A DNA stretch of 64,000 nucleotides from the human T2T-CHM13v2.0 reference genome, Homo sapiens, in NCBI RefSeq assembly GCF_009914755.1, contig NC_060931.1. The stretch is one strand, 5' to 3'. Under the pieces are notes generated by a model. That model did not search any database. It was not told where the DNA came from and worked only from the letters and a program-made list of their open reading frames with translations. The translations under genes were made by a program, and so were the position numbers. This document shows positions 14,012 through 29,881 of the stretch, in pieces (position 1 is the first letter of the stretch; each line of letters begins with the position of its first letter).

Positions 14012-16390
14012 ACATTCCAAGCCAATTGGAAGACATCATTGGGTTCTTACTTTAAGACATCTCCTGGAATAACTGTTCAAATGCAGGTTTTAGAAACAAT
14101 GCAGGAATCTTGCTTTAAAGATGAAAAAGGGAATGGGCCAGCTTCCCTTACTCAAGGAGTTGAGGGACCTTGGAGGATGAAGGCGAGTATGTGACACTGG
14201 AGAAAAGTGGACCAGGCATGTCTTTTGCTTTGATCTGGAGGGAGGGCTGCCTGATGCAGGCCGGCTCCCAGTGGGGCAGGCCTCGCTGCAGAATGCCCAG
14301 TAGTACTGCGGCCAAGGGGACAGTTAGGAGACTTCATCTAAAGCATGAAACCTAGCTCCTCTACACACAAATTCCTATGGAAATACCTTTGTGTACAGTG
14401 TCTTACATTTTCCTATTAGTCAGAAAGAAGGAGAGAATGAGTGAGTGCTTGAAATGTGTCATACTGTTTTAGGATCAAGACTAGGAATTAGGAGCCAGGT
14501 TGACAAGGACTTTTTCTGAGAGTTGGGTGAGGGTAAAGCTTTTCTATAATCAAGCTCAATACACCAAGGAAACTGGATCCAGAATTCCTAAACTTTAAAA
14601 TGGTACTGTCTGCGGAGTGGAGTATGGATGGTTATGTCAAAGTCATAGTTCATCCTATCCAGATGTAGCATTCATGGTAAACTTTTAAGTGCTAAGCAAG
14701 GAATTATTTACTGATTGGTTTTAAAGAGAGCAGAAAACACCCAAGTGTAGAATGTCTACTGTTTGCTACCTAGAAATCTTTTCCATTCCTCTTTCATACA
14801 TTCCAACCCACTGGAAGTCTTTAGAGGTATTTTGATTTAAAGTATACTTAAATTAGGATTTCTTAAAGAAAACATAGGGAGAAAACTTTACATGCAATTA
14901 AAAATGGACTTTCCTGTGATTTGTTTTTAATCATTCATTTGGAGAAGAGGCATGACCTTTGTATTTCACTAAGTTTAAAGCAAGAGCAACTGATGATTAA
15001 ATGTTGCTTTTTAATAAGGTTTTTAACTTGAAAATTTGAAAATATTTAATGTTGAAAGACTTCAATTAGGGCTATTAGAGTTATATCTCCCTGTCGTAGG
15101 CAGCTTCTTCGGAGAAGTGAAATATAACATTACTCAGTGGACGGAGAAGTCTGTTTTGTTACAGAGACATGCCTCTCAGAAGGTCAGGAGGTTTTGAGTA
15201 CCTATCCTTGCCACCCATACAGGAAATCCAAAGTTTGGTGTCTCTCTCTCTCTCTGTCTCTTTCTTTCTCTTTCTCCCCCCAAACCCCTCTCACTCCCTC
15301 CCTCCCTCTCTCCTTCCCCTATTTGCAATCATATTCTCCCTCTGCTTCTTTTCTCTTCTGCCCTCCTTGTGGGCAGTCATGAAAATCAATTCAGACTGTG
15401 TTCATTAGCAGATTTATTATTCTATTGAGAAAGCACTGGAATGTTTTGTGAGATTATTTTTATATGAAGGAATAGCCTGAACTCAAACAGATGGTAAGAA
15501 TAGTACAAACACCTTAGCACATCACTGCACACACAGTATTCTGAAAGGAGATTTGACACTTAATTCCCATTTTCTTAAAATAACAGTTTTGTTGACTTAA
15601 AAATATGAGATACATAGGATGTGAAAAAAAATGTTTGCAGTACTCAGCAAAAAATAGGGTACATAAAGCAGGGTGGCTGTCCATCCACTGATTCTGGGGT
15701 GAGAAGCGATTTCTACCTCGCAAGAGTGACTAGAAAGTTTCTAGGAGCACCTCCAGGCTTGCAAAGAAAGTGAGGCCTCTTGGTATCCTTTCCTCAGTGT
15801 GTATATGACAGCCAGTATAATCAATACCCTAGGTTATGCGTCTATATGATACTCATCTGTGAATATTATTGGTTTTGTAATCTTTGTTATATAAGAGGAT
15901 GTTTAGGCTGTATATACTGGGGTAGATTATTGCCTGCCCCTTATACATAGGAATATGCTGCATAATTGCGCATAACTTCCATCTCCCTTACTGGCTTGTA
16001 GGCAGAGGAAACTGTATATGTTACTGCCTTGTACTTTTCTCATACACCAAAAACACACCAAAAAAATCAATAAAATAAGCAATCTTCTATTCTCATTCCT
16101 TTTCCCACAGCAGCATATTTTAGAGGCACATACAAAACCTACATTCTCTAGTTGGGAGTGGATTTTTAAAGTTTTCCTTTTATCTTTTATTTTTTTTTTT
16201 GTATGATGCACTGAGATGTGTACTTTCTAACAGGGGATTGGTACCTAAGAAACGTGGTAGCATTATTCAGAAAACTATTATACTTTCAAATGACACATAG
16301 TAAGGAGAATGGAATAATACATGTTGCATATTTGTTACCAGTTGTAATTTGTCTGTATTATGAAAGATGTAATGGTTTGTCAGCTGTCAC
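14012..16390 (+). promoter_or_regulatory. miRNA seed matches and a Pumilio element in the 3'UTR
   Basis: ACATTCCA (miR-1/206/613 8mer) at 14012 and 14798; TGAGATTA (miR-216a) 15449; CTACCTC (let-7) 15713; TGTATATA (PUM element) 15909; GGCACATA (miR-455-5p) 16125; TGCACTGA (miR-148/152) 16207; CTGTCAC (miR-542-3p) 16384. Motif matches only. Confidence 0.5.
15240..15368 (+). repeat. CT-rich simple repeat in the 3'UTR
   Basis: (TC)n then CCCT repeats; mostly pyrimidine. Confidence 0.85.
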
Positions 16391-16416
16391 TGTTGTTTTC
16401 TTGTAACATGATATGG

Positions 16417-16422
16417 AATAAA
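16417..16422 (+). terminator. Polyadenylation signal AATAAA (cleavage about 16435-16445)
   Basis: Canonical hexamer at the end of the repeat-free UTR, with upstream TGTA motifs and downstream TGTT/TCTT sequence. A second AATAAA lies at 16069-16074. Confidence 0.75.
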
Positions 16423-17166
16423 GTATAGCAGAATCTCCGTACATGTTCTAGGTACATCTTCTTGGTGGATGCCCAGTAAGAGCATATACCATATCAAAGA
16501 AACATTGACTTAAAAACCTCTTGAACACAACCATTCTTACACAGTGAAATAAGAACAAATACACAATATGTGGGAAGGAGTGAGTTATCTGGAATGGTCC
16601 AGGAGTCTGTTAAACCCTCCCCTTTCCTTGATTTGCTGTGCCAAATTTATGTAAAGGAGTAGAGACCATGCGAAACAGATCTGTGAGCTGCAGGATCTTC
16701 ACAGTTCCCCCAGCCCCTTCCTGATGTTCACACATGTCACATGTTCTGCCCATCTCAGATGGATCTGGAGCCTTTCTGGTTCTGTTTAATGGCAGCCCTA
16801 TTTATCTTTTATTGCCTCCTTCTCTATTTTTTGCACATATTCAAAGATGGGGTGAGTAGGTTACCCTCCACTGAATACAAATACAAAAGCTTGAGTGTAC
16901 TGGTGTTCTGCAAGAAGCATGACTGTTCTTTCTGAACTGAGCTTACTTCCCTGAACACCACGCAGGGGGCATCTGCACCTGAAACTGCAGGGCATTCTTG
17001 GGATCCCACGTTTGGATTGACAGTGCCAACCTGGGAGGCCAGTCCCTTTTCCATCATCACCTTTTCCTTCTTGTCAGATATGTCATAACCCCAAACAGGC
17101 CCCCATGATTTGATAAATTGCTAATAATGTTCATGCCAGGTATTTGGTGACTTAAAAGTGTTCACG

Positions 17167-17416
17167 GGCTGGGCGCAGTGTCTCATGCCTATAATCCCAG
17201 CACTTTGAGAGGCTGAGACGGGTGGATCATCTGAGGCCAGGAGTATGAGACCAGCCTGGCCAACAAGGCAAAACCCCATCTCTACTAAAAATACAAAAAT
17301 TAGCCGGGCATGGTGGCGGGCGCCTGTAATTCAGCTACTCGGGAGGCAGAGGCGGAGGTTGCAGTGAGCCGAGATAGCGCCGCTGCACTCCAGCCTGGGC
17401 AACAGAGAGACTCTGC

Positions 17417-17450
<34 letters not shown>
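17167..17450 (+). mobile_element. AluS-like element with an internal ~26-nt deletion and an A32 tail
   Basis: Alu sequence; TSD aaaagtgt(c)tcac. Confidence 0.95.
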
Positions 17451-17452
<2 letters not shown>

Positions 17453-19164
17453 GTCTCACAAGTTCACGTTCCATGTTAAGAGGACCCCCAAGACTCCCAG
17501 CTTTCTTCTGGGCAGACGTTTACCCACCAGGAGCAGCTACCTGATGTTTTCCTTCACCTGCTCTTCTCCTGTAACCTCTGTGATTTCAGTTTGTAAACCC
17601 TTCGCACAAAACCAAACATAGGTGTCCTCAGCCGATGCATATTTCTCTCCAGAAAAGCTCATGAGAGTGACCGCATCTTCATCCCCCAAGTGCTTCTTCT
17701 ATTTCTCCTGAAGCAGTAAATCGTCTATACACAGGCAAACGCATTTCCAGACAGTTGCTGCCTCCACTACTGGATTCTGGAACGGGAGAGTGCATGGAGG
17801 TAGACGTCACAGTAGCCAAGGTAGAGATAATAGGCACATTTCTTAGTTAAATGGGAGCCATAAATCACCCTTGAAACTGATTAGAATTAATAGAAGTGTG
17901 AAATTAGTAACTTGTTCCAGGGAGTTGTTTCGAGGGAGCAAAATGTATGGCACTGTTTCACCTCCTAACAGCCACAGTAGCCTGTAGGCTCATTGTTGAG
18001 ATCACTCCCAGCAGCCTTGCAGCAAGGTCACATTTTAGAGATGTAATCACATCAGCTCTTAGTAGAAGAAAGAAGGGGATGGAGGGTAGATATCTACAAG
18101 AGGCCAAAGAAACACCTTTGAGAAATATTTTTAACTTTTTTAATGTGGCAGTACAAATGTCAAGCATCATCTCAGTTTCATAATTGCCCAACGTTCCTGT
18201 CTTTCAGCGGGGCCTATTCCAGCTCTGCCAGGTTGGAGGACGTGATGTGTGCTCACTGAGGCAAGCAGTTCGAGTCAGGAGGGCGGCACTCCTATAGTCG
18301 CTGTTGGCCTCCCGAGTAAAGAGAAACCAGAGGGGAAGGTGTTGGAGCAACCTTGTGCCACTGGGTTAACACGTACAGTTGCTGAATAATGGCGGGCATT
18401 GTAAATCTCTGCAATGAGAACCCCACAGTGGCCCAGCAGCCTGCTGCTACCAGTGGGTGGTGGCGTTATGGGCATTAGCTTTGAGAAGCTTATATAGCAG
18501 AGGGGGATAGGATAAAGGACACAAATCAGGGAAAAACTGACAAGATTAAAAAAAAATCCAAGGCCTCGTATTTACTGTTCATCCCCCATGCTCTCGGTGT
18601 GCTATATTGTCTGCGTTGAGTCATGCTGAGAGAGAGCCAGGCACAATAATAGCTCAGAGCAGCCTTGCAGCCCCAGAGCCATCCTCTGCCAATGGTGCTG
18701 ACTGTGCTAGTGGAGAATGGGATTCTGATAGAGCTGTCTTTTTTCTCCTTCCCTGCGAGACCACCAATAATTATGGAGGGCATGCTGCACAGATGGCGTA
18801 AGGGTTCCCCGTTGGGGTGTATCCTGAGAAGTGACCCAGCAGGGGTCCCTGCAAAGCTATGTGCTACATAGCGCAAGGTGTGCCTGCCTGAGAGATGCGG
18901 ATAATGCCAGGGATACATGTTTGAAACAACGGTTCAAGGGTTTAGAGAGGTTAAAATGGAACTTAGCTTATAAATCATACTACAGTGAGAAACAATTAGT
19001 CTTTTGCCCCCTCTCCATCTTCAACCAAATCTCATCACTGGCTACCTTTCTTCCTCAAGAAAGGCTGTAATCCACTAAGATTCCCTGGGAAAAGCAGGCC
19101 AGTCCTGCAACCATCTTGCTTAACATTTGGGAAATTCAGACCTTCATGTATTTATTCCCTTAGC

Positions 19165-19322
19165 CCAGTGGTTCTTAGTCCTGACTCTCATTTGAATCAC
19201 CAGGAAGTTTTAAAAAAACACCCCCACCCCAAACCATTCAAGAAATATTATGGGTGGCGGGGGGTCTGCTTGGAGAAATCAACAGGTGATTCTATTGTGC
19301 AGCCAGCGTGAGAACTGCTAGA
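19165..19322. mobile_element. MER5A-like hAT-Charlie MITE
   Basis: cagtggttctta...ggtgattctattgtgcagcca...tgagaactgct pattern. Confidence 0.55.
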
Positions 19323-19358
19323 CTCTTCCTTTCCTCCTGCCTGTCTGCTACTCTAGGG

Positions 19359-20234
19359 TGAGGGTCAGGAAACTGTTTCTATAAGGGCCAGATAGTGAAT
19401 ACTCTAGACTTCCCGGGCTGCACGGTCTCTTTCCCAGCTACTCACTTTGCTGCTGTAGTGTGAAAACAGCCATGAACAATACATACATGAATGAGCATGG
19501 ATGTGTTCCAATACAGCAATTTGTGGACACTGAAATTTGGGTTTCATATAATTTTTACATGCCACAAAATATTGCTTTTCTTTTGATTTTTTTTCTTTTT
19601 TTATTATACTTTAAGTTTTAGGGTACATGTGTACAATGTGCAGTTTTGTTACATATGTATGCATGTGCCATGTTGGTGTGCTGCACCCATTAACTCATCA
19701 CTTACATTAGGTATATCTCCTAATGCTATCCCTTCCCCCTCCCCCCCACCCCACAACAGGCCCTGGTGTGTGATGTTCCCCTTCCTGTGTCCATGTGTTC
19801 TCATTGTTCAATTCCCACCTATGAGTGAGAACATGCAGTGTTGGTTTTTTGCCCTTGCGATAGTTTGCTGAGAATAATGGTTTCCAGCTTCATCCATGTC
19901 CCCACAAAGGACATGAACTCATCATTTTTTATGGCTGCATAGTATTCCATGGTGTATATGTGCCACATTTTCTTAATCTGGTCTATGACTGTTGGACATT
20001 TGGGTTGGTTCCAAGTCTTTGCTATTGTGAATAGTGCCGCAATAAACATACGTGTGCATGTGTCTTAATAGCAACATGATTTATACTCCTTTGGGTATGT
20101 ACCCAGTAATGGGATAGCTGGGTCAAATGGATAAGAACTATTTAAAAATGTAAAAACTATTCTAAGCTCACATGCATCATTAAAAAAATGCAGTGGGCAG
20201 TAATTTGCCTGGGGACTATAGTTTGCTTACCTTG
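19359..20234 (+). mobile_element. MER58B hAT-Charlie element split by an L1 fragment (19359 to ~19595, and ~20136-20234)
   Basis: agggtcaggaaac...taagggccagatagt...ttttgattttt, resuming as aactatttaaaaatgtaaaaac...tagtttgcttaccttg. Confidence 0.8.
19596..20130 (-). mobile_element. 5'-truncated L1PA (about L1PA5-like) 3' end, ~540 bp
   Basis: T-rich tail, L1PA 3'UTR, ORF2 C-terminal peptide [19 protein letters not shown]. Confidence 0.95.
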
Positions 20235-20527
20235 GTTTAGAATACAGCCTTAGTAATGGGGTAGATAAGAACCACCCCTAACATTTGCAGGACCCAGGGT
20301 AAAAGCAAAAATGAAGGCCCACATACCATATATCTAAATATTTAAAGATACACACCCAACTAACAAAAAAACTAAACCTATTCTATTCTCTTACTTTGAC
20401 AAATATGCCTTTATAATGAACTTGAAGGACAGATTCATGGTTAGATTCTTGGACTCCTCAAAGTTCCTCACCAAACTGTGGCAGTACAGAGGGAGCCAGT
20501 TCAGCTTGAGACTGACCTACTTCTTTT

Positions 20528-24495
<3,968 letters not shown>

Positions 24496-24762
24496 TAGAG
24501 AAGGGCTATGTCTACAGAAGGCTGTTTGATCATAGAAACCAAAATGGGGGCCCCTCTTGCCTGGGTCTAAGTGCACTACTGGTGAGTGGTAGGAGCCTAA
24601 GAAATAGCTCCAGTGTGTTTTCAGGTCCCTTGTGTGTTTCTTTGGCTTACTCTACTCCAAACTCATTAAAACAAGCCTCATCATAATGTGAGGCACAACC
24701 AAGGCAAGGGAACACACATTTTTTCAGAACATCTTTTGAAATTAAAGGATCTGGACTCTTGT

Positions 24763-24962
24763 CAGTCATGTACTGGAGGCAGCTGCTACCAGTTCACAAA
24801 AACCAGTTCTGAAATATTTAGGAATTTTGTAAGCCAGTCCTTAAATCATTGACAGCTTGAAATCAGATGGAAATATTTACACCACAAAAATTGGCAAACT
24901 CTGCAAATCATGTTTGGATTTTTTTGTTGTTGTTTTGAGAATAAGTTTCCAGCACACCACTA
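24763..24962 (+). mobile_element. MER63-like DNA transposon
   Basis: cagtcatgtactgg ... agcttgaaatc...tatttacacca ... ccagcacaccact. Confidence 0.65.
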
Positions 24963-25590
24963 CCTCCCAACCCCTCTCTTTCCAGCCTCATCTCCTGTGC
25001 CTCCATGTGCATATCCTCTGCCCTCACCATGCCGAAGTTCCCACAGATCCCTGGATGTTCCAGGCCTTCTCATGCTGCTGTTCTTTTGCACGCAGTGTTC
25101 TCTCTGATTGGAAAACCCTTTCCTGTTTTTTTGATTAAATTCCTATTGATCCTTTTAAGACCTTTTTCAAAAATTATCTCTGCTGTAAAACATTCCAGAA
25201 CTCCTCTGAAACAGTTTCTCCCTCTTCCGTGTCCCCACATCACTTTCAAAATAGTACCATACAGGTCTTATTTTCAATCTCTGTATCCTCAAGCCTGAAA
25301 ATGGTGACCAAGGTGTAGTAGATGTTTAGCCATTTTAAAACATATTAATCAATTATTAAAAGATAATGCAGATTAAATAAGAGTGAAATGGAAATTTTTT
25401 TCTTTCTTTCTAAGAAAGAACCCTTTCTTAGAAAGGGTTTAGTTGAAAGACTTCAAACAATGTAAGTATACTGTATGTATACCACATGTAATGATATGGG
25501 ATTATATGCAAGGCAGGGCCTGGCTCTATGGGAGAAACCAAAGAGGAAAGATGTCTGCATGTCCTCGCAGGAGCTCATGATGCACAGAGG

Positions 25591-25720
25591 CAGTGATTCC
25601 TACACCTGGCTGACTATCAGAATGGCCTGGGGAGCTTTCTAAACATTCCTGCTGAATCGCAGTGGCTAAGGCTGCAGCCCAAGTGTATATACACTTCAGA
25701 TTTTCCTCAAGTGATCTTCT
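25591..25720. mobile_element. MER5A-like fragment
   Basis: cagtgattcctacacctggctg...atcagaatggcctggggagcttt. Confidence 0.45.
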
Positions 25721-25759
25721 GTAGGGACCCCATATGGAAGTTTAAATACATAACCTCCT

Positions 25760-26210
25760 AAGTGGTCTGTTTGCCTCCATCTCTGTCCTCCCTCTGTCCT
25801 CTCCACCTGAAGACTATTCCAATTGCAAATCACTTGTGCTGCATTCCTGCTTCAAACTTTCAGTGGCTCCTTCTATCCCCTATGGTGAGTTCCAAGCTCT
25901 GTGTAATGGCATTAAGCCCTCCACCTCGCTCTCACCGTCTCCCCTTCCTTTCTCTCCATTTTCATGTCCTCCCCCTGCCTCTCTGTCTTCTAGCCTCAGG
26001 GAATGCTGGGTAGTTTCCACTCCTTTGCTTAGCTTATACTTACCTTCTAGCCGGGATTCCTTCTCCTCCCTTCTCAGGTGGTCACATCCCACTACTGCTT
26101 TAAGACTCATCTTTTGCATCACCTCCTCCACGAAGCCTTTGCTGACAAGGCCCCTTCCACTGAGTAGCTGACCTTTTTCTCCATTTTTCCCTCCATCATT
26201 CATAGAATTT
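25760..26210 (+). mobile_element. L2 fragment
   Basis: Degenerate L2 3' region (ctgcttcaaactttcagtggctcc ... catcacctcctccacgaagccttt). Confidence 0.55.
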
Positions 26211-26239
26211 AACAGAGCCTACCTAAGTTTTTTTCTCCT

Positions 26240-26550
26240 GGACTAGACCAGCTAGACCACATTGCACAGCTCCCCTTACAGGTGGATGTGGCCAGGTGGC
26301 TGAGTTCTGATGCATGGAATATGAACAGAAGTGAGTGCAGCACTCCAGGCCTGGCCTATGAAGCATGCATCACATAATTCCCGTACTCTTTTCCTTTCGC
26401 ACCAACTCTATGCAGGTGAACATGGAAGTCACATGTCTAAGAAGATGGAGCCACAGTATGGAAGAATTACCATTTGGAATTCAGCCACATTATAATCTTG
26501 AAGGGAATTCATATTAGCAAGATGTAAACTTCCATTGTAGATTAACTGTT
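26240..26550 (+). mobile_element. MLT1I/J-like MaLR solo LTR
   Basis: cagctagaccacatt...tgtggcca...tgagttctg...ccaggcctggcc...aagatggagccaca. Confidence 0.65.
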
Positions 26551-26747
26551 AAAAAAACTTTAAAAGTTATTCTACACTAATGTATTCAACAAATGATTAT
26601 TGAGTACCTACCACATGTCTGGGGTGTTCTGGGTGCTGGAGATATGATGGTGAACAACTCACAGTGGAAAAGAGAATTTTTAAAAAATACAATGCATAAT
26701 TTCAAGTCGTAAGAGCTGTAAAAAAATGGAGTATTTCTACCATTCAC

Positions 26748-27042
26748 TTTTTTTTTTTTTTTTGAGACAGGGTCTCACTCTCACCCAGGCTGTAGTACAG
26801 TAGCAGGATAATGGCTCACCGCACCCTCCACCTCCCGGGCTCAAGCGATTCTCCCACTTCAGCCTCCCAAGTAGCTGGAACTAGAGGCACTCACCACTAT
26901 GCCCAGCTAATTTATGTACTTTTTGTAGAGACTGGGTTTTGCCGGTTGCCCAGGCTGGTCTCAAACTCCTGGGCTCAAGCAATCCACCCATGTCAGTCTC
27001 TCAAAGTGCTGGGATTACAGAGATTAGCCATCACACCTAACC
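26748..27042 (-). mobile_element. AluJ-like
   Basis: Poly-T then antisense Alu with ctcctgggctcaagc. Confidence 0.95.
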
Positions 27043-27249
27043 AACACTTTTAAAATTTGATTATAAGTACCCCTTATGTGCCTGCACACTAGAATCTGAG
27101 ATTTTGAGGGAGAGTAGTGGATATTTTCATCTTTCTAACTATAGTTCAGTAAATGTTGATTAAATGAATGAAGTTACAAGGTGTAATGTGGCAGGGACAG
27201 TGAAACATAGTGCAAAGGGAGAAGAAAAAAAGAGGATATTCCTTCTAGC

Positions 27250-27590
27250 TGAAAGTAACTAGGAAGGCTTCATGGAGGATAATGGCGTCTAAGCTGAGCT
27301 TTGGAAACTGATTGCCATTTTAACACATACCTTACTGAAGTAGGGGAGAACATCACACTAGGATAAAGGAAGAACCCAAAAAAGACATAAATATGAGAAA
27401 TGCAGGGTGTTTGGGGACATCGAGGCACTCTGCTTCAGCTGGTGCATAAGGTGTGTGAGAGGGACCAGTGAGGAATAAAACTGGGCCATGGAGACCCTAG
27501 GATCTAGACTCTAAAATGTTTGAATTTCACCCTGGATCGTCAAACAAAGAAATGATGTAATCTAGCCTTTGCTTTGGGACAAATCACTTT
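27250..27590 (-). mobile_element. L2 fragment (donor of the local duplication)
   Basis: ggaaggcttcatggagga...taagctgagc... L2 pattern. Confidence 0.5.
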
Positions 27591-29471
27591 GGCCTAGGTT
27601 GCTTACCATTTTTCACTTCACCAAGCATCTGTTAAGTGCCTTCAATGTGTTAGACATTGAGCTAGGCACTACAGGTCATGAACTGGTGAGACACTGCCCT
27701 TCCCTCACAGTCTAGTTGGGGAAGACAACTATGTAGACACAATTTCAATGCAACAAATATGCAAATACAATTTACAGAAGTAGTACAGAAAAAGGTATGA
27801 TATTTTGCTTTGGTTCTGGGGCAGAGGTGGGAGTGGGGAGAGTGTCTTGGAAGAACATATATGAGTTTTCCAGCGAACATGGGCAGGCTTTCCAGACAGA
27901 GGAGTAAATGCAAGCACACAGAGGGAGGAGACACCATGTACGCCCATCATGTTAATTTGACCCTGATTCCAAGATTGCACAGTAAAAACATCAGTGTTCC
28001 AAATTTTCTCTATCGAATCTATTAATAAATAGTATAATTCAAGTTATCACTCAACTTTGAAATAACAAACACCTCCAAGGGAATTCTGCACACTGATTCT
28101 TCAGAGCTTGACCTCCCCCCGCCTCATTTCCCCAGAGCAGGGCTTTTCTGATCCCCTTCAGGACCTGGAGCTCCCTAAGGAAGTAAGATACCTAGTCTTG
28201 CTCATCTCATTTCTGCAGCTTGTATGGCCCAGTTCGAGGGTTCACCAGGTATTTGAGGTACAAAGAGATCCACTTTATGCACACAAAAAGCACATAAAGA
28301 GGAACCTATTGACAAGTGAGTTTTCCATGTGTTCACAGAGCAAAACAAAATATGAAATTCCCAAGTCTTTCCCATTTTCTGTGAAGTAGCGGAAGATGTA
28401 TTGAATGAATGCACCTCTGATATGAATGCCACAATGACAACATGTGTTCTGATATGTTTTAATAAGACCCCAAAGGAAAGCCACACCTTGGGAGAGGCAG
28501 GCTGAATTAACCTTCAGTGTCTATGTCTATTATCTGCTAAGTGTACTAGATAATTCACAGTAGGTTGAAGAAAGCTTTATTTTTTTCCTGATGTTGGTCA
28601 TTAATTTTAGGTGAGGTTGCATGCTTTCAATTGTTGCCAAAATTGAGAGCCCAATACAAATGTCATTTAAGGATCCTCATACTGCTCATTCTATATTATT
28701 TAAGATTAAAGTTTTATTCATAACTTTATTATTGCAATCATATTTTTGGTCATCTCATTCTGTGAGTGAGTTAACAGACCCTGAGAGTACAGATAAGTCC
28801 TGACTGAAATGTTGTCACCTTTCCACAGAGGTCATCAGCTGCCGTCTAAGGTCCTGACTGTCATTAGCTGATTGGCTGGGAGGGAGGGTTCACTGGGAAG
28901 CCTGGAGTTTGCACTACCATCTAAGCCTACACTTAGGTCTGAAAGATGAAGTAACATTTCCAAGATCACAATATTATAAGTGATAAAGTTGAGGCCTTAG
29001 TCCAATCATTTTTGCGGTTAGGCTGAACCCTAGAAGTGCAATGCAAATGCTGCCACTCCAGTTGCAAAGTAAATCTTTGAGCTAATGTCTTCCCTGTTTT
29101 TGATGACCTCAGTGTGATATTTAAACTCTGTGACAGACTATGAATGGGCACCCTTGTGCTGGTGGCTCTACCTCAGGAAATTATCTGTCCTTAATAGGAT
29201 CACGTGAAGCCTCCAGATCTTATTAGAACTGTAATTTTTTTCAGCAAGGACTCCATATTTAACAACAACAACAAAAAGTAGAGACCAAGCATCAATTTCT
29301 GGAAGTAATAACAATGACTTAGGCTGGTGCATAAGGTGTATGAGAGGGACCAGTGAAGAATAAAACTGGGCCATGGAGACCCTAGGACCTAGACTCTAAA
29401 ATGTGTGAATTTCACCCTGTATCATCAAAGAAATGACATAATCTAGCCTCTGCTTTGGGACCAATCACTTT
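27438..29471 (+). repeat. Dispersed direct repeat: 27438-27590 and 29323-29471
   Basis: Manual alignment gives 10 substitutions and one 4-nt indel over ~150 bp. Confidence 0.95.
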
Positions 29472-29502
29472 TAGTTCTCCATCACACTAAAAGCAAGTCT
29501 CT

Positions 29503-29881
<379 letters not shown>

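Larger units (their letters stand above)
13012..16440 (+). other. CDK14: Terminal non-coding exon (3'UTR, ~3.4 kb)
   Basis: Starts GATTAAGTTGTCATCATTCTGGGAAG after a canonical acceptor. No Alu or L1 over 3.4 kb, AU-rich, ends at AATAAA 16417. Start sequence and length fit my recollection of the CDK14 mRNA 3' end. It carries seed matches for miRNAs I recall as reported CDK14 regulators (miR-455-5p, miR-542-3p, miR-216a, miR-1/206/613). Confidence 0.8.
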
